Shown here piece by piece: positions 47,016 through 56,229 of a stretch of DNA of 64,000 nucleotides. This DNA is from Patescibacteria group bacterium (GTDB lineage Bacteria; Patescibacteriota; Patescibacteriia; Magasanikbacterales; GWA2-37-8). The stretch is from the NCBI GenBank assembly GCA_004321885.1, contig SCQK01000007.1, positions 1-64,000 on the forward strand, written 5' to 3'. Position numbers and translations under genes: made by a program. The notes under the pieces are model-generated. The model saw only the letters and a program-made list of their open reading frames with translations. It made no database searches and was not told where the DNA came from. Every line of letters begins with the position of its first letter. The stretch's first letter is position 1.

Positions 47016-47064
47016 TACCCCTCCCTTACCCTCCCCTTATCAAGGGGAGGGGGCGGGAGGGGTA
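47016..47064. repeat. G-rich palindromic element (family B) overlapping the smc stop codon
   Basis: Sequence tacccctcccttaccctccccttatcaaggggagggggcgggaggggta. It encodes the smc C-terminal residues PPAPSP. Confidence 0.7.
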
Positions 47065-50000
47065 TCGTATTGCTCGGCTTCTTCCATTTTCACGCTAAGC
47101 AGTTTGGAAACGCCGTCGCTGCCCATCACCACGCCGTAAAGCGCGTCGGCCGCGTGCATGGTCACGCGGTTGTGAGTGATGATAATAAACTGCGACTGCG
47201 ACGACAGTTCAGCCATAATCTGCGCGAAACGGCGAGTGTTGGTTTCGTCCAAAGCCGCCTCCACTTCGTCCAGTACCACAAATGGCGCCGGATTGAAATT
47301 GAGCACCGCGCAAATGAGGGCGATGGAGGCCAGGGTGCGTTCGCCGCCCGACAAAGCGTTGATATTGCGGATTTTTTTACCAGGTGGATTAATCGTGATA
47401 TCTATACCAGTAAGAACTTTTTTCACGCTGGATTCCTGCTCCCTGTTCGGAGCCAGGGACAAGTTTCGCGGGAATGACAATGTTGGGTCGGACTCAACTT
47501 GCCCTACTTCAACTACGTCTGCATTATTTTCTTCCTCGCCATACACTTCTTTCATATCAGCGCTGCCTCCTCCGAACAAGAGCTTCACGTAACGCTCAAA
47601 TTCTTTTCTTATTTTCTTAAACGCGGCGGCGCGTTTCTTTTTCATGATGTCGTCCAGTTCCTCTATCATTTTTTCCAAATCTTCAATAGCCGCGCGCAAA
47701 TCAGTAATCTGGCCGTCCAAAAAGTCAAACTTTTCCTTGGTGTCGGCGTGCTCTTTCACCACTTCCTCATCTATGCCGCCTATCAAACTTAATTGGTATT
47801 TTAATTTTTGTATCTCGGCCAGCGCCTCACCCATTTTTTCCGGCTCAATCTCTGGCGGACGGCGCTCAATCAACGCCTCCACCGACGCGTTCATTTCGGC
47901 GCGCGCCTCGGCAACAATGGCATCCTGGCGCGTGTCCAGTTTGGCCTGTTCTATTTTCAAATCATTACGGGTTGTCAAAATACCGTTAAGGGTATTCTGC
48001 TTTTTTTGCATTTCTTCCTGCAAAGAAAAGACGCGTTGTTTTTTCTCTTCTTCGCTCGCGTTAAATTTAGAAATTTTTTCCGCCAATTTGTCTATCTCAT
48101 CCTGTTTGGCGCTGATTTGCTTATCCAAAGCGGATTTTTCCAGAGACAATCCGGAAACAATCTCGCCATATTCTTTCGGGTCGGCTTCTTGCAGGGCCAA
48201 TTCTTGTTCCAAGCCCGCGATTTCCGCCTCCGCGGCGTTGGTTTCCGCGGCCAAAAGAGCGGCGCGGCCGTCGGCCGCGTCTTTTTTTGTCTGCGATTTG
48301 AGCGCCTCGGCCCGTTCGCTTTCTAGCCGCGTTTCCAGCTCAACCATTTTTTCTTTGGCCATTTTTATTTCCAATTGATATTCCGCGAATCTGTCCGGCC
48401 CCATGTAAAACTTGCGCGAAAAACCCAGCCCGGCCCTTTTCTGCTGGCGCCAGCCGCCCTTCATCACGCCGCTTTTTTCCACCAAATCGCCATCCAAAGT
48501 CGCCATACGCGCCCGGCCCACGCCCACGTGGTTGGCCGTTGCCAAATCATTCACAATAATGGTCTGTCCGAAAACAAAAGAAAAAATTTCGGCGAATTTC
48601 GCTTCGTATCTCACCAATTCGCTGGCCAGTCCCAAAACGCCGGCTTCTCGCAAAATCTTATCATCCGGCGGCGCTTCCCTGCCGGATATTTTTGTCAAAG
48701 GCAAAAAAGTGGCCACGCCCAGCCGGTTGGCGCGCAAAAATTCTATGGCCTGGCGCGCGGTCTCTTCGTCTTCCACTACAATGGCCGAGAGATACGAACC
48801 CGCGGCCACCTCCAAAGCCGGACGGTATTTTTCCTCGGCGCCGCCCAATTCAGAAATTAGCCCGTACACCTTGCCGAATTTATTTTTATTTTCCAAAACC
48901 GCCTGCACAGCCAAGAGGCCGGTGAACTGCCGGTAGTGTTTTTCCGACTGGTCGTCCAGCGCTTGTTTTTCCAGCCGCGTCACTTCCATCTGGGTATCCG
49001 CGCGCTCTTGCGCCAGCGCGTCCAGTTGTTTTTGTTTTTGCAAAAGCGCCCGCAGGGCCGCGGCCGACTCGCCGCGAATGGCGGCCAAGTCCTTGGTCAA
49101 AAAATCTTTTTTCAATTTCAGTTCGGCCAGCTTGTTCCGCAACCAACCCACGTTCTGCTTGCCAGCCAGGTTGTATTGCGCCTGCATCTGGCCTTCCTTG
49201 ATGGCGCGCTGGCGCTCCAAATCATTTTTTTCTTTGAGAACCATTTCGTAGCCGGATTGCAATTCGCCAAAAACTTCCTGACGTGATTTGGTGTGCGCCA
49301 AAGACGCCAGTTCGGTTTGCGCTGTTTCCAATTCACCAAAAGCCCGGCGGTATTCGCTTTCAACCCCGACCAACGAAGCGGCCAGCCGGTCAAGTTCTTT
49401 TTTATTCGCCAGATAAGCCGAGCTGTAATACCGTTCCTGCCACTCGCGCAAAGAGCGCTCCACTTCCTGCCTCTTCTCCAGTTTCTTCACCTGTCTGGAC
49501 AAAATTTTCAAGCGCGGCTCCACCTCTTGCATCAAGCGCCCGGCCTGTTCTATGTTCTCGCGCGTGCGCGCCAATTTAAGTTCGGCCTGGTGCTGTTTGA
49601 TTTGAAATTCTTTTATGCCCGAGGCTTCGTCCAAAAAATCCTTGCGCTCGGCCGGCCCCACGGTAAGCAAGCGGTCTATCATCCCCTGGCCGATGATGCT
49701 GTAAGAATGCTGGGCGAACTGGGCTTTGGCCAAAAGCAAATGCACGTCCAGCAAGCGCGCGGGGCGGTTGTTTATCAGATACTCGCCCTCGCCCGAACGA
49801 AACATCCGGCGCGTGATGGCGATTTCCGGATACTCGGACAATACTTTGCCGTCGCTGTTATCCAAAACCATGGTAACCTCGGCCGCGGATAACTGGCCTT
49901 TGGCTTCCGAACCGCCGAAAATTATGTCTTCATTTTTTTTGCCGCGCAAATTTTTCAAACTCTGTTCGCCCATCACCCAGCGCAAGGCGTCGGAGACATT

Positions 50001-50150
50001 GGACTTGCCGGCGCCGTTGGGGCCCACGATAGCTGTAACGTTGTTTCGCGCAGGCTCCCCAAAAGTGGCGCCAGTGGGCGCCATAAATTCAAAAACAGCC
50101 TTGTCGGCGAAAGACTTAAAACCTTTAATTTCCAGACGTTTCAGATACAT
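47040..50150 (-). CDS. smc: Chromosome partition protein Smc
   Basis: N-terminus MYLKRLEIKGFKSFADK...GPNGAGKSN (Walker A), long coiled coils, a hinge, a C-terminal LSGGERTLASIAL signature and a Walker B VLDEVEAALD. Confidence 0.9.
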   Translation of the reverse strand: MYLKRLEIKGFKSFADKAVFEFMAPTGATFGEPARNNVTAIVGPNGAGKSNVSDALRWVMGEQSLKNLRGKKNEDIIFGGSEAKGQLSAAEVTMVLDNSDGKVLSEYPEIAITRRMFRSGEGEYLINNRPARLLDVHLLLAKAQFAQHSYSIIGQGMIDRLLTVGPAERKDFLDEASGIKEFQIKQHQAELKLARTRENIEQAGRLMQEVEPRLKILSRQVKKLEKRQEVERSLREWQERYYSSAYLANKKELDRLAASLVGVESEYRRAFGELETAQTELASLAHTKSRQEVFGELQSGYEMVLKEKNDLERQRAIKEGQMQAQYNLAGKQNVGWLRNKLAELKLKKDFLTKDLAAIRGESAAALRALLQKQKQLDALAQERADTQMEVTRLEKQALDDQSEKHYRQFTGLLAVQAVLENKNKFGKVYGLISELGGAEEKYRPALEVAAGSYLSAIVVEDEETARQAIEFLRANRLGVATFLPLTKISGREAPPDDKILREAGVLGLASELVRYEAKFAEIFSFVFGQTIIVNDLATANHVGVGRARMATLDGDLVEKSGVMKGGWRQQKRAGLGFSRKFYMGPDRFAEYQLEIKMAKEKMVELETRLESERAEALKSQTKKDAADGRAALLAAETNAAEAEIAGLEQELALQEADPKEYGEIVSGLSLEKSALDKQISAKQDEIDKLAEKISKFNASEEEKKQRVFSLQEEMQKKQNTLNGILTTRNDLKIEQAKLDTRQDAIVAEARAEMNASVEALIERRPPEIEPEKMGEALAEIQKLKYQLSLIGGIDEEVVKEHADTKEKFDFLDGQITDLRAAIEDLEKMIEELDDIMKKKRAAAFKKIRKEFERYVKLLFGGGSADMKEVYGEEENNADVVEVGQVESDPTLSFPRNLSLAPNREQESSVKKVLTGIDITINPPGKKIRNINALSGGERTLASIALICAVLNFNPAPFVVLDEVEAALDETNTRRFAQIMAELSSQSQFIIITHNRVTMHAADALYGVVMGSDGVSKLLSVKMEEAEQYDTPPAPSP

Positions 50151-50176
50151 AACGCGTTTTATTATACCATAAATGC

Positions 50177-50205
50177 TTGCTGATAAAAAGGTCTTGTGAT
50201 ATAAT
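50177..50205 (+). promoter_or_regulatory. Promoter TTGCTG-17-TATAAT with a TGTG extended -10
   Basis: Sequence ttgctgataaaaaggtcttgtgatataat, upstream of the small gene at 50298. Confidence 0.5.
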
Positions 50206-50297
50206 ATAAACAATGTTTTGCCATACAAAACACTATATCTCTAACTTAATTTTATATGAGAGGTCGTGAATCCGACGGTTTGCCAGGAGAAGAAACA

Positions 50298-50660
50298 ATG
50301 ATAACCAAAAAAGGTGATGACAAAAAGAATCCTTGGAAAAAACCACTAATCGCGGCGGGGATAGCGGCGGCAGGAGCAGCAGGAGCAATTGGCGGAGCGG
50401 AACTACATCGACATAGAGTAGATGCTGCCCATCAGCAAGGATTTCAGGAAGGAATTAAAGCAGGAATAAAACAAGAAAGGGAAGTAGTCGAAAAATCCAA
50501 GCAAGAGGCGGATTTGAAAGCGCTGAAAGAAGCTAACGTTGAAGTACCCTCTACGCGGCCAACTCAAGAAGCCGCCCTTAAAGTTCCTAAAAAAATCAAA
50601 CCCCGCCGCGCAACACCGCGGCCTGATGATGGATACGGTCCCCGCAAGGGTGGCTTGTAA
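50298..50660 (+). CDS. Hypothetical small membrane protein
   Basis: Start taken at MITKKG. A Gly/Ala-rich transmembrane segment is followed by a charged helical tail. Confidence 0.5.
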   Translation: MITKKGDDKKNPWKKPLIAAGIAAAGAAGAIGGAELHRHRVDAAHQQGFQEGIKAGIKQEREVVEKSKQEADLKALKEANVEVPSTRPTQEAALKVPKKIKPRRATPRPDDGYGPRKGGL

Positions 50661-50670
50661 ACAATCGTTC

Positions 50671-50707
50671 AAAAGACAGCCACAAGCAACTGTGGCTGTC
50701 TTTTATT
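50671..50707 (+). terminator. Rho-independent terminator
   Basis: Perfect hairpin gacagccacaagcaactgtggctgtc followed by ttttatt. Confidence 0.7.
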
Positions 50708-50720
50708 AACTAAATCACCC

Positions 50721-50749
50721 TTGACATCCCGCGCCAAGCGTAATATAAT
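50721..50749 (+). promoter_or_regulatory. Consensus sigma70 promoter TTGACA-17-TATAAT upstream of nrnA
   Basis: Sequence ttgacatcccgcgccaagcgtaatataat. Confidence 0.65.
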
Positions 50750-50768
50750 GAAAAATTCTGATTGACTT

Positions 50769-50804
50769 TACCCCCTCTTAATCTCCCCCTTATCAAGGGG
50801 GAGA
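50769..50804. repeat. Family B-like palindrome tctccccc-ttatcaa-gggggaga in the nrnA 5' UTR
   Basis: Sequence taccccctcttaatctcccccttatcaagggggaga. Confidence 0.6.
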
Positions 50805-50817
50805 CAAACGACAAACT

Positions 50818-51807
50818 ATGCAGGCGAAATTTCAAGAACTAAACAATCTACTCCTTAAAGCTGAAAACATAGTTATCGCCATTCACCAAAATCCGGACGG
50901 CGATGCTTTGGGTTCGGCCGCGGCCCTGGCCGAGTATCTCTCTGACAAAGGAAAAAATTTCTCCATATATTGCGCCACCGCGCACCCGGAAAATTTCAAA
51001 TTTTTATCCCACGTCAATGCCATTACCGCGGAGGCCGCGGTTTTAAGCTTGGCTAATTTAATCGTGGTAATGGACTCAGGCGATTTGCGCTACGCCGGTC
51101 TGGATTCCCGCGATGGATTCCGGCTCCTGGGCCGGAATGACAGAAAGGGAGGGGGGAATGACAATCCAAAAATCATTAACATTGACCACCACATCAGCAA
51201 CGAGCAATTCGGATTTTTGAATATCACGGACAGCCAGGCCTCGGCCACGGCGCAGATAGTTTATGATTTTTTTCGCAGTGAGCGCGTGGCGATTTCACCG
51301 GCCATGGCCACGGCGCTACTCACCGGCCTGGTTTGCGATACGGACAACTTTACCAACGGCGGCACCACGCCCGCGTCTCTGGAAGCCGCCGGCCACCTCT
51401 TGCGCTCGGGGGCCAATCTGCCGCTGGTGCACAGATGGGTGATAAAAAATTCCTCGCTCAATCTGCTCAAACTCTGGGGCATTGTGCTGGAGCGGCTGGA
51501 AAAAATTGAGGAAAAAAATCTGGCCTACACCTATATCACCAACGAAGATTACTTGCGCTATGGCATCACCGAGCTAGGGGCCGAAGGCATTGCCAATTTG
51601 CTGAACAAGCTGGGCGGGGTGCAAATCTCCCTGCTTATCCGCGAAACCATGGACGGCAAAATCAAAGGCAGTTTTAGAACCACCTCGGACAATACCGACG
51701 TTTCGGCGCTGGCCAAAAAACTGGGCGGCGGCGGGCATGCCAAGGCGGCCGGTTTTACGACTGAAGGCACCATAGAAGACGTGCTCAACAAAATTTTGAC
51801 GATGTGA
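50818..51807 (+). CDS. nrnA: DHH-family phosphoesterase (NrnA-like nanoRNase / pAp phosphatase)
   Basis: IAIHQNPDGDALGS (DHH motif I), IDHH, GGGH and a DHHA1 C-terminus are present. It carries an in-frame palindromic-element insertion. Confidence 0.8.
   Translation: MQAKFQELNNLLLKAENIVIAIHQNPDGDALGSAAALAEYLSDKGKNFSIYCATAHPENFKFLSHVNAITAEAAVLSLANLIVVMDSGDLRYAGLDSRDGFRLLGRNDRKGGGNDNPKIINIDHHISNEQFGFLNITDSQASATAQIVYDFFRSERVAISPAMATALLTGLVCDTDNFTNGGTTPASLEAAGHLLRSGANLPLVHRWVIKNSSLNLLKLWGIVLERLEKIEEKNLAYTYITNEDYLRYGITELGAEGIANLLNKLGGVQISLLIRETMDGKIKGSFRTTSDNTDVSALAKKLGGGGHAKAAGFTTEGTIEDVLNKILTM
51115..51143. repeat. Family A element ggattccggctcctgggccggaatgacag, in frame inside nrnA
   Basis: It encodes GFRLLGRND. 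It is followed by a partial second unit, aaagggaggggggaatgacaatcc. Confidence 0.7.
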
Positions 51808-51833
51808 TAAAAATCTGCTAAACTAAACTAACG

Positions 51834-51863
51834 GATTCCCCCGACTAAGTCGGGAGAATGACA
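51834..51863. repeat. Family A element ggattcccccgactaagtcgggagaatgac between nrnA and clpP
   Basis: It ends 6 bp before the clpP ATG. Confidence 0.7.
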
Positions 51864-51868
51864 ATTAT

Positions 51869-52459
51869 ATGGAACCAAAATCCCAATATCTTATCCCCAC
51901 GGTCATAGAAAAAACCCACTACGGCGAGCGGGCCTACGACATCTATTCGCGGCTCTTGCAAGACCGCATTGTTTTTTTGGGCACGCCCATAGACGACGGC
52001 GTGGCCAACACGGTCATTGCCCAGCTCTTGTTTTTGGACAATCAAAGCCCGGAAAAAGACATCAAGCTCTATATCAATTCCCCGGGCGGCTCGGTGACCG
52101 CCGGCATGGCCATCTACGATACGATTCGCTATATCAAAGCCGAGGTTTCCACCATTTGCATTGGCCTGGCCGCCAGCATGGCCTCGGTGATTTTGGCCGC
52201 CGGCGACAAAGGCAAGCGCTTTGCCCTGCCCAACGCCGAAATTATGATGCACCAGGTAATGGGCGGCATGGAAGGCCAGGCCAGCGACATCAAAATCCGT
52301 TCCGAGCGCATTTTGCGCATCAAGGACCGGCTAAACCAAATTTTGGCCAGCCACACCGGCAAAACCATACAGCAAATTGAAAAAGATACGGACCGCGACT
52401 ACTTTATGACGGCCCAAGAGGCCTTAAACTACGGCTTGATTGATAAGGTGATTGAATAG
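51869..52459 (+). CDS. clpP: ATP-dependent Clp protease proteolytic subunit
   Basis: Ser-His-Asp triad context [17 protein letters not shown], with a [12 protein letters not shown] stretch. Confidence 0.95.
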   Translation: MEPKSQYLIPTVIEKTHYGERAYDIYSRLLQDRIVFLGTPIDDGVANTVIAQLLFLDNQSPEKDIKLYINSPGGSVTAGMAIYDTIRYIKAEVSTICIGLAASMASVILAAGDKGKRFALPNAEIMMHQVMGGMEGQASDIKIRSERILRIKDRLNQILASHTGKTIQQIEKDTDRDYFMTAQEALNYGLIDKVIE

Positions 52460-52512
52460 AAACGAATTTTTAGCTAAAATTAGCAAAATTTAAGCATTTC
52501 TGCCCTGCCCCC

Positions 52513-52541
52513 TTGACAAAAATAGCCATTTGTGCTATACT
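52513..52541 (+). promoter_or_regulatory. Near-consensus promoter TTGACA-17-TATACT with a TGTG extended -10
   Basis: ttgacaaaaatagccatttgtgctatact drives the terminator-bounded locus that has no conventional gene. Confidence 0.65.
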
Positions 52542-52547
52542 GTTTTG

Positions 52548-52815
52548 TTACGTACAATGAAAAGGCGGGTATATGAATTGCCCCGCCAACACAGTCGGAC
52601 ACGGATTTATGCATGCTATCCAGTTGTTCCAGACCCATATAGTATGTATCAACCCGTATCCACGACAAGCATGGAGGTGTGTTAGAGGGTGGCACTGGCG
52701 CAAGCTCGTCTGCTTCTTTAACACATCTTCTTGGATGCGGTTTCTAAGGGGGGGTTTCACTCCCCCAAAAACTATTAAAACCCCGTTGCCTTAATTGGCA
52801 ACGGGGTTTGTTTTC
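52548..52815 (+). ncRNA. Candidate small RNA of about 265 nt (identity unknown), or an mRNA for a 73-aa Cys/His-containing small protein
   Basis: It is bounded by a strong promoter and a bidirectional terminator. It contains imperfect long-range complementarity and a gggggggtttcactccccc hairpin. The ORF at 52573..52794 (MNCPANTVGHGFMHAIQ...) has a weak SD. Its 5' region is paralogous to the leader at 36308. Confidence 0.35.
52777..52814. terminator. Bidirectional rho-independent terminator
   Basis: aaaaccccgttgccttaattggcaacggggtttgtttt serves both the plus-strand locus and the convergent VanW-like gene. Confidence 0.7.
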
Positions 52816-52820
52816 GCGCA

Positions 52821-54773
52821 CTATGGCTCCACAGCCCCGACTAAGTCGGGGACTATGGAGCCAGCGGCTGTCGTTCCATCAATCGTACTGGTGGCTCCGC
52901 CAGCCGGCGGATCCGGCCCCACCATGCAAATCTGGGGCAAGGGCCGGTAATAGCTGTCAAACACCCGCTCAATCTGTTCCGAAGACGAGGTGACGCGCGT
53001 GTAAGTAAAACTGGCCACTGCCCCGCGGAACGCGTTCTGGCATTTTTTCTCGCCTGGTTTCAGCTTGTCGCTCTCAACTGTTTGCGGCTCGCCGGCCGGA
53101 ATCCACTTGCTTACCTTGGGGTGGTCATACCAGCCCTTGCGCCCGTCGCTCTTGCCCCACAAAGTAAAAACCAGACGCTGTTTCACATAGTCAATTTCGG
53201 TTTGCAAAAGCAGGTAGCCACCCGTGTCGTTTAAGAACCGAAAATCAATATCCGGCTCGTAAAGCGTGGCGTCCGTGCCCGGATTGCCGTTGACCGGGTC
53301 CGCGTAATAACCCACCACCAGGGAATGGTTGCGCCTTTGCGTTATCGGCATGCCCGAGTTCATGGCCATTCTAAAAAGCGTGGTGCCTATTTGGCACATG
53401 CCGCCGCCGATTTCGTTTTTTATTTCTTTGCCTTTTATCACGGCCTCGGGCAAAAAACCGACCGCGGCCGTGAACGGCCCGGCGAATTTAATGGCGGAAA
53501 ATTCTTCGCCGGGCGCGATGATAACCCCGTTTAGCCGCCGCACTGCCAAGGCGATATTTTTTATCCGGTTGGTGTGGCTGTCGCGAAAAGTGGAGACGCC
53601 GGCGCCGAGCCTGTCGGTGATGCCCAAATTGTTGGCGTCGGAAACTTTTATATCCGGCTCCATGATACTGACCGATAATGTCAGGGTCTGGGCCCGGCCT
53701 GCCCCTTCGTAATTGCGGGCGCGGAAAATAGCGTCAAGTTCGGCGTAGGTTTTTTCCATATCCAGACTGACGCCCGACTGACTGGCCTGAAATTCTTTCA
53801 CTTTGCCGTCCTCCATCAAAAATTTTGCGTTTTTGGCGGCCACATCCACCGCGGGCTTCACAAAATTCTCCAAATAGGCAAAAACCCTTTCTTTATTCAA
53901 GGCAAACACAAACTCATTGTCAGCCGCGCGCGTTTCCAGCCAATCGGCGTAAACGTTGTTTTTTATGTTCCAATCGCGCCGCTCCTTGGTGCGCGAATCA
54001 ATATAGTTCAAATTCAAATCTCCGGCTGTCAAAACCGCCGGTAATTTTGCCAGTATGGATTCCACGTCCGCTTTATTCACCGAGGGAGAAAAACCGCTTT
54101 GTTTTATTTCAATCGGCGCCAGGGTCAGAGCGGCCATTTTTTGCTCCATTTCCGCGCGCGCTTTGGCTATTTCAAAAATGGCGCCTTTTTTGGCCGGAAC
54201 AATTTCATAGGCGAGCGGCGACAGACTCGTAACTTTCACGTTGGCGTCGCGCGGATTTTCGGCCGCCGGGGCCAAATCGCTTTTAAGCTGTTCAACTAAT
54301 TTATTATCCGTCTGAATTTGCGCCTGAATTTTTTCCTTAAAAATCAAAAAAGAAGGCGGCAATAAAAGGTCTTTCCACCACGGCCCGCCCCGCCCGGCGC
54401 CGAACGCCAAGGCGGCGGTTTCGGCGCTTTTGACGCTGGCCAGCTCCACCGAAGAATCGCCGGCCGGCACCGCGTCTATTTTTAAATCAATTTTCTCGCC
54501 GCTTTTGGGATGATAATAAAAAAAATCAATGCCGTCTTTGGCGATTTTGTCGTTGTAAATTTCCAAAAATTCTGTCGCCTTTTCCGCGCTTAGGCCGCCC
54601 AAGTGATATTGGCCGATGTAAACGCCCGGATAAACTTTATTTTTATAAATCTGCTGATAGGCAAAAGCCGAGGCAACCGCAAAGAGCGCCAAACCAACCA
54701 GCGCAATGAGTGCGAACAGCGCGCTTTTGAGCATGGAATTTTTCTTTTCTGCGGGAGGATTTTTTTCAACCAT
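52821..54773 (-). CDS. VanW-family protein with an N-terminal membrane anchor
   Basis: 650 aa. The C-terminal VanW-like region reads MPITQRRNHSLVVGYYADPVNGNPGTDATLYEPDIDFRF. The last 15 aa are encoded by a family A palindromic element. Confidence 0.65.
   Translation of the reverse strand: MVEKNPPAEKKNSMLKSALFALIALVGLALFAVASAFAYQQIYKNKVYPGVYIGQYHLGGLSAEKATEFLEIYNDKIAKDGIDFFYYHPKSGEKIDLKIDAVPAGDSSVELASVKSAETAALAFGAGRGGPWWKDLLLPPSFLIFKEKIQAQIQTDNKLVEQLKSDLAPAAENPRDANVKVTSLSPLAYEIVPAKKGAIFEIAKARAEMEQKMAALTLAPIEIKQSGFSPSVNKADVESILAKLPAVLTAGDLNLNYIDSRTKERRDWNIKNNVYADWLETRAADNEFVFALNKERVFAYLENFVKPAVDVAAKNAKFLMEDGKVKEFQASQSGVSLDMEKTYAELDAIFRARNYEGAGRAQTLTLSVSIMEPDIKVSDANNLGITDRLGAGVSTFRDSHTNRIKNIALAVRRLNGVIIAPGEEFSAIKFAGPFTAAVGFLPEAVIKGKEIKNEIGGGMCQIGTTLFRMAMNSGMPITQRRNHSLVVGYYADPVNGNPGTDATLYEPDIDFRFLNDTGGYLLLQTEIDYVKQRLVFTLWGKSDGRKGWYDHPKVSKWIPAGEPQTVESDKLKPGEKKCQNAFRGAVASFTYTRVTSSSEQIERVFDSYYRPLPQICMVGPDPPAGGATSTIDGTTAAGSIVPDLVGAVEP
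52830..52868. repeat. Family A element ggctccacagccccgactaagtcggggactatggagcc, in frame at the C-terminus of the VanW-like protein
   Basis: Identical to 14187-14226. It encodes GSIVPDLVGAVEP in both proteins. Confidence 0.75.
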
Positions 54774-54774
54774 A

Positions 54775-55206
54775 CTATTCCCCTATCACCAAAATAGGGA
54801 TTTCGCGCTTGGCGCCGGCCTTGGGCAGGCGCACTGTCAAAACGCCGTTTTTGTATTCGGCTTTGGTCAGTTCCGCCTTCACGTCCACTGGCAAAACAAT
54901 GGTGCGCGAAAATTTTCCCCAATAGCACTCGCGGCAAAAATGCTCGGAACCGGCCGGAGACGGGTCGCGCCGCCAGCCGCGTATAGTAAGCAAATCATTG
55001 TGCAAATGCAACTCTATGTCGCCCGGCTCGGTGCCGGCCATGGTCGCTATTATTACCAGCTCGTCGTCTGTTTGCGCCACGTCCAAGACCAACTGGCCCT
55101 CGCTGTCCTGCTCTTCCCAGGCGCCGCTGTCTGGCGGACGCAAAAGAGAAAGGATGGACAGGTCGTCACCCTCGGCGCTAATCGGCAATTGTTTTTTTTC
55201 AAACAT
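54775..55206 (-). CDS. Hsp20 / alpha-crystallin family small heat-shock protein
   Basis: IELHLHNDLLTIRGWR...AEYKNGVLTVRLPKA. Start taken at MFEKKQ; the ORF extends to 55251. Confidence 0.8.
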   Translation of the reverse strand: MFEKKQLPISAEGDDLSILSLLRPPDSGAWEEQDSEGQLVLDVAQTDDELVIIATMAGTEPGDIELHLHNDLLTIRGWRRDPSPAGSEHFCRECYWGKFSRTIVLPVDVKAELTKAEYKNGVLTVRLPKAGAKREIPILVIGE

Positions 55207-55207
55207 A

Positions 55208-56107
55208 TTATTTTTGGCAGTTTCCACAAAAACTCGTTCCCCGGCCCGCAATTTTCCTTTTTTGAATTATACCCTTTTTGCACCGCAGGCACTTCATGCC
55301 CTGGCGGCCGTAGACTTTAAGAAACTCGGTAAACTTGCCTTTTTGCCCGCGCGCGTTCGCGTAATTCCTGAATGTCGTGCCACCGTATTTAAGGGCCTGG
55401 CGCAAAACCGATTTTATCGCCCTAAACAGCGCGGCCTTTTCTTTTTCCGTCAAACTCGCCGCCGGCCTTCCTGGCAAAACACCGGCGCTAAAACATATCT
55501 CATCGGCGTAAATGTTTCCGATGCCGGCGATAAGCGCCTGGTCCAAAAGCGCGGCTTTGAGCAGGGATTTTTCCCGGCCGGCCAGAATCCTCTTAAATTC
55601 CGCTAAATTAAACTTTTTTGAAAACGGCTCAATTCCGTAGGCGCGCTCAACTTTATTTTTCTCGGCTTCACCCGCCAAGCGCAAATAGCCGAAACGTCTC
55701 ATGTCATTAAAATACAACTTGGAGTCGTCGGAAAACACAAACGCGGCGCGCGTGTAAGCCGTTGGCAAAGTGTCCGGATTAATTACCGGCAAATTATGCC
55801 CGCCCCCACACCAAAATTTTTGGTGTGGGGGCCCGCCGGCTACTACTTTCTTCCCTGCCGCGTAGATTAGCTGTCCAGTCATTTTCAAGTGAACCAGCAA
55901 ATATTTTTTGGCCGACAGGCTAAATACCAACAGCTTTCCCAGCCGCTCTATTCTTACAAATTTTTTCCCTTTAATTTCAGAAACAAACTTTTCCGCATTT
56001 CCTTTTACCGGACTTTTTTTTGCAATCTCAATCTGCACGATTTTCTTGTTCAAAATACTCTTTTCCAGACCCTTGCGTATTGTTTCCACTTCGGGCAGTT
56101 CGGGCAT
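55208..56107 (-). CDS. mutM: Formamidopyrimidine-DNA glycosylase
   Basis: N-terminus MPELPEVETIRKGL and a C-terminal zinc finger CLRCKKG...CGNCQ. It carries an in-frame palindrome insertion. Confidence 0.9.
   Translation of the reverse strand: MPELPEVETIRKGLEKSILNKKIVQIEIAKKSPVKGNAEKFVSEIKGKKFVRIERLGKLLVFSLSAKKYLLVHLKMTGQLIYAAGKKVVAGGPPHQKFWCGGGHNLPVINPDTLPTAYTRAAFVFSDDSKLYFNDMRRFGYLRLAGEAEKNKVERAYGIEPFSKKFNLAEFKRILAGREKSLLKAALLDQALIAGIGNIYADEICFSAGVLPGRPAASLTEKEKAALFRAIKSVLRQALKYGGTTFRNYANARGQKGKFTEFLKVYGRQGMKCLRCKKGIIQKRKIAGRGTSFCGNCQK
55803..55831. repeat. Perfect 14-bp-arm palindrome cccccacaccaaaa-t-ttttggtgtggggg, in frame inside mutM
   Basis: It encodes GGPPHQKFWCGGG. Confidence 0.65.
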
Positions 56108-56187
56108 ATTTTTTCTGACTATAAGTTTGGCGAGCAAACTCATGTATTCCCGATAACTATATAATATCAAATATTGTTTCTGCCGTA

Positions 56188-56227
56188 AAGAAAAACTGGT
56201 CGCCTGCGGCGACCAGTTTTTCTTTTA
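56188..56227 (-). terminator. Rho-independent terminator (GGTCGCC-N3-GGCGACC hairpin family)
   Basis: aaaaactggtcgcctgcggcgaccagtttttc. Similar hairpins occur at 46082-46104 and 46468-46490. Confidence 0.65.
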
Positions 56228-56229
56228 GT

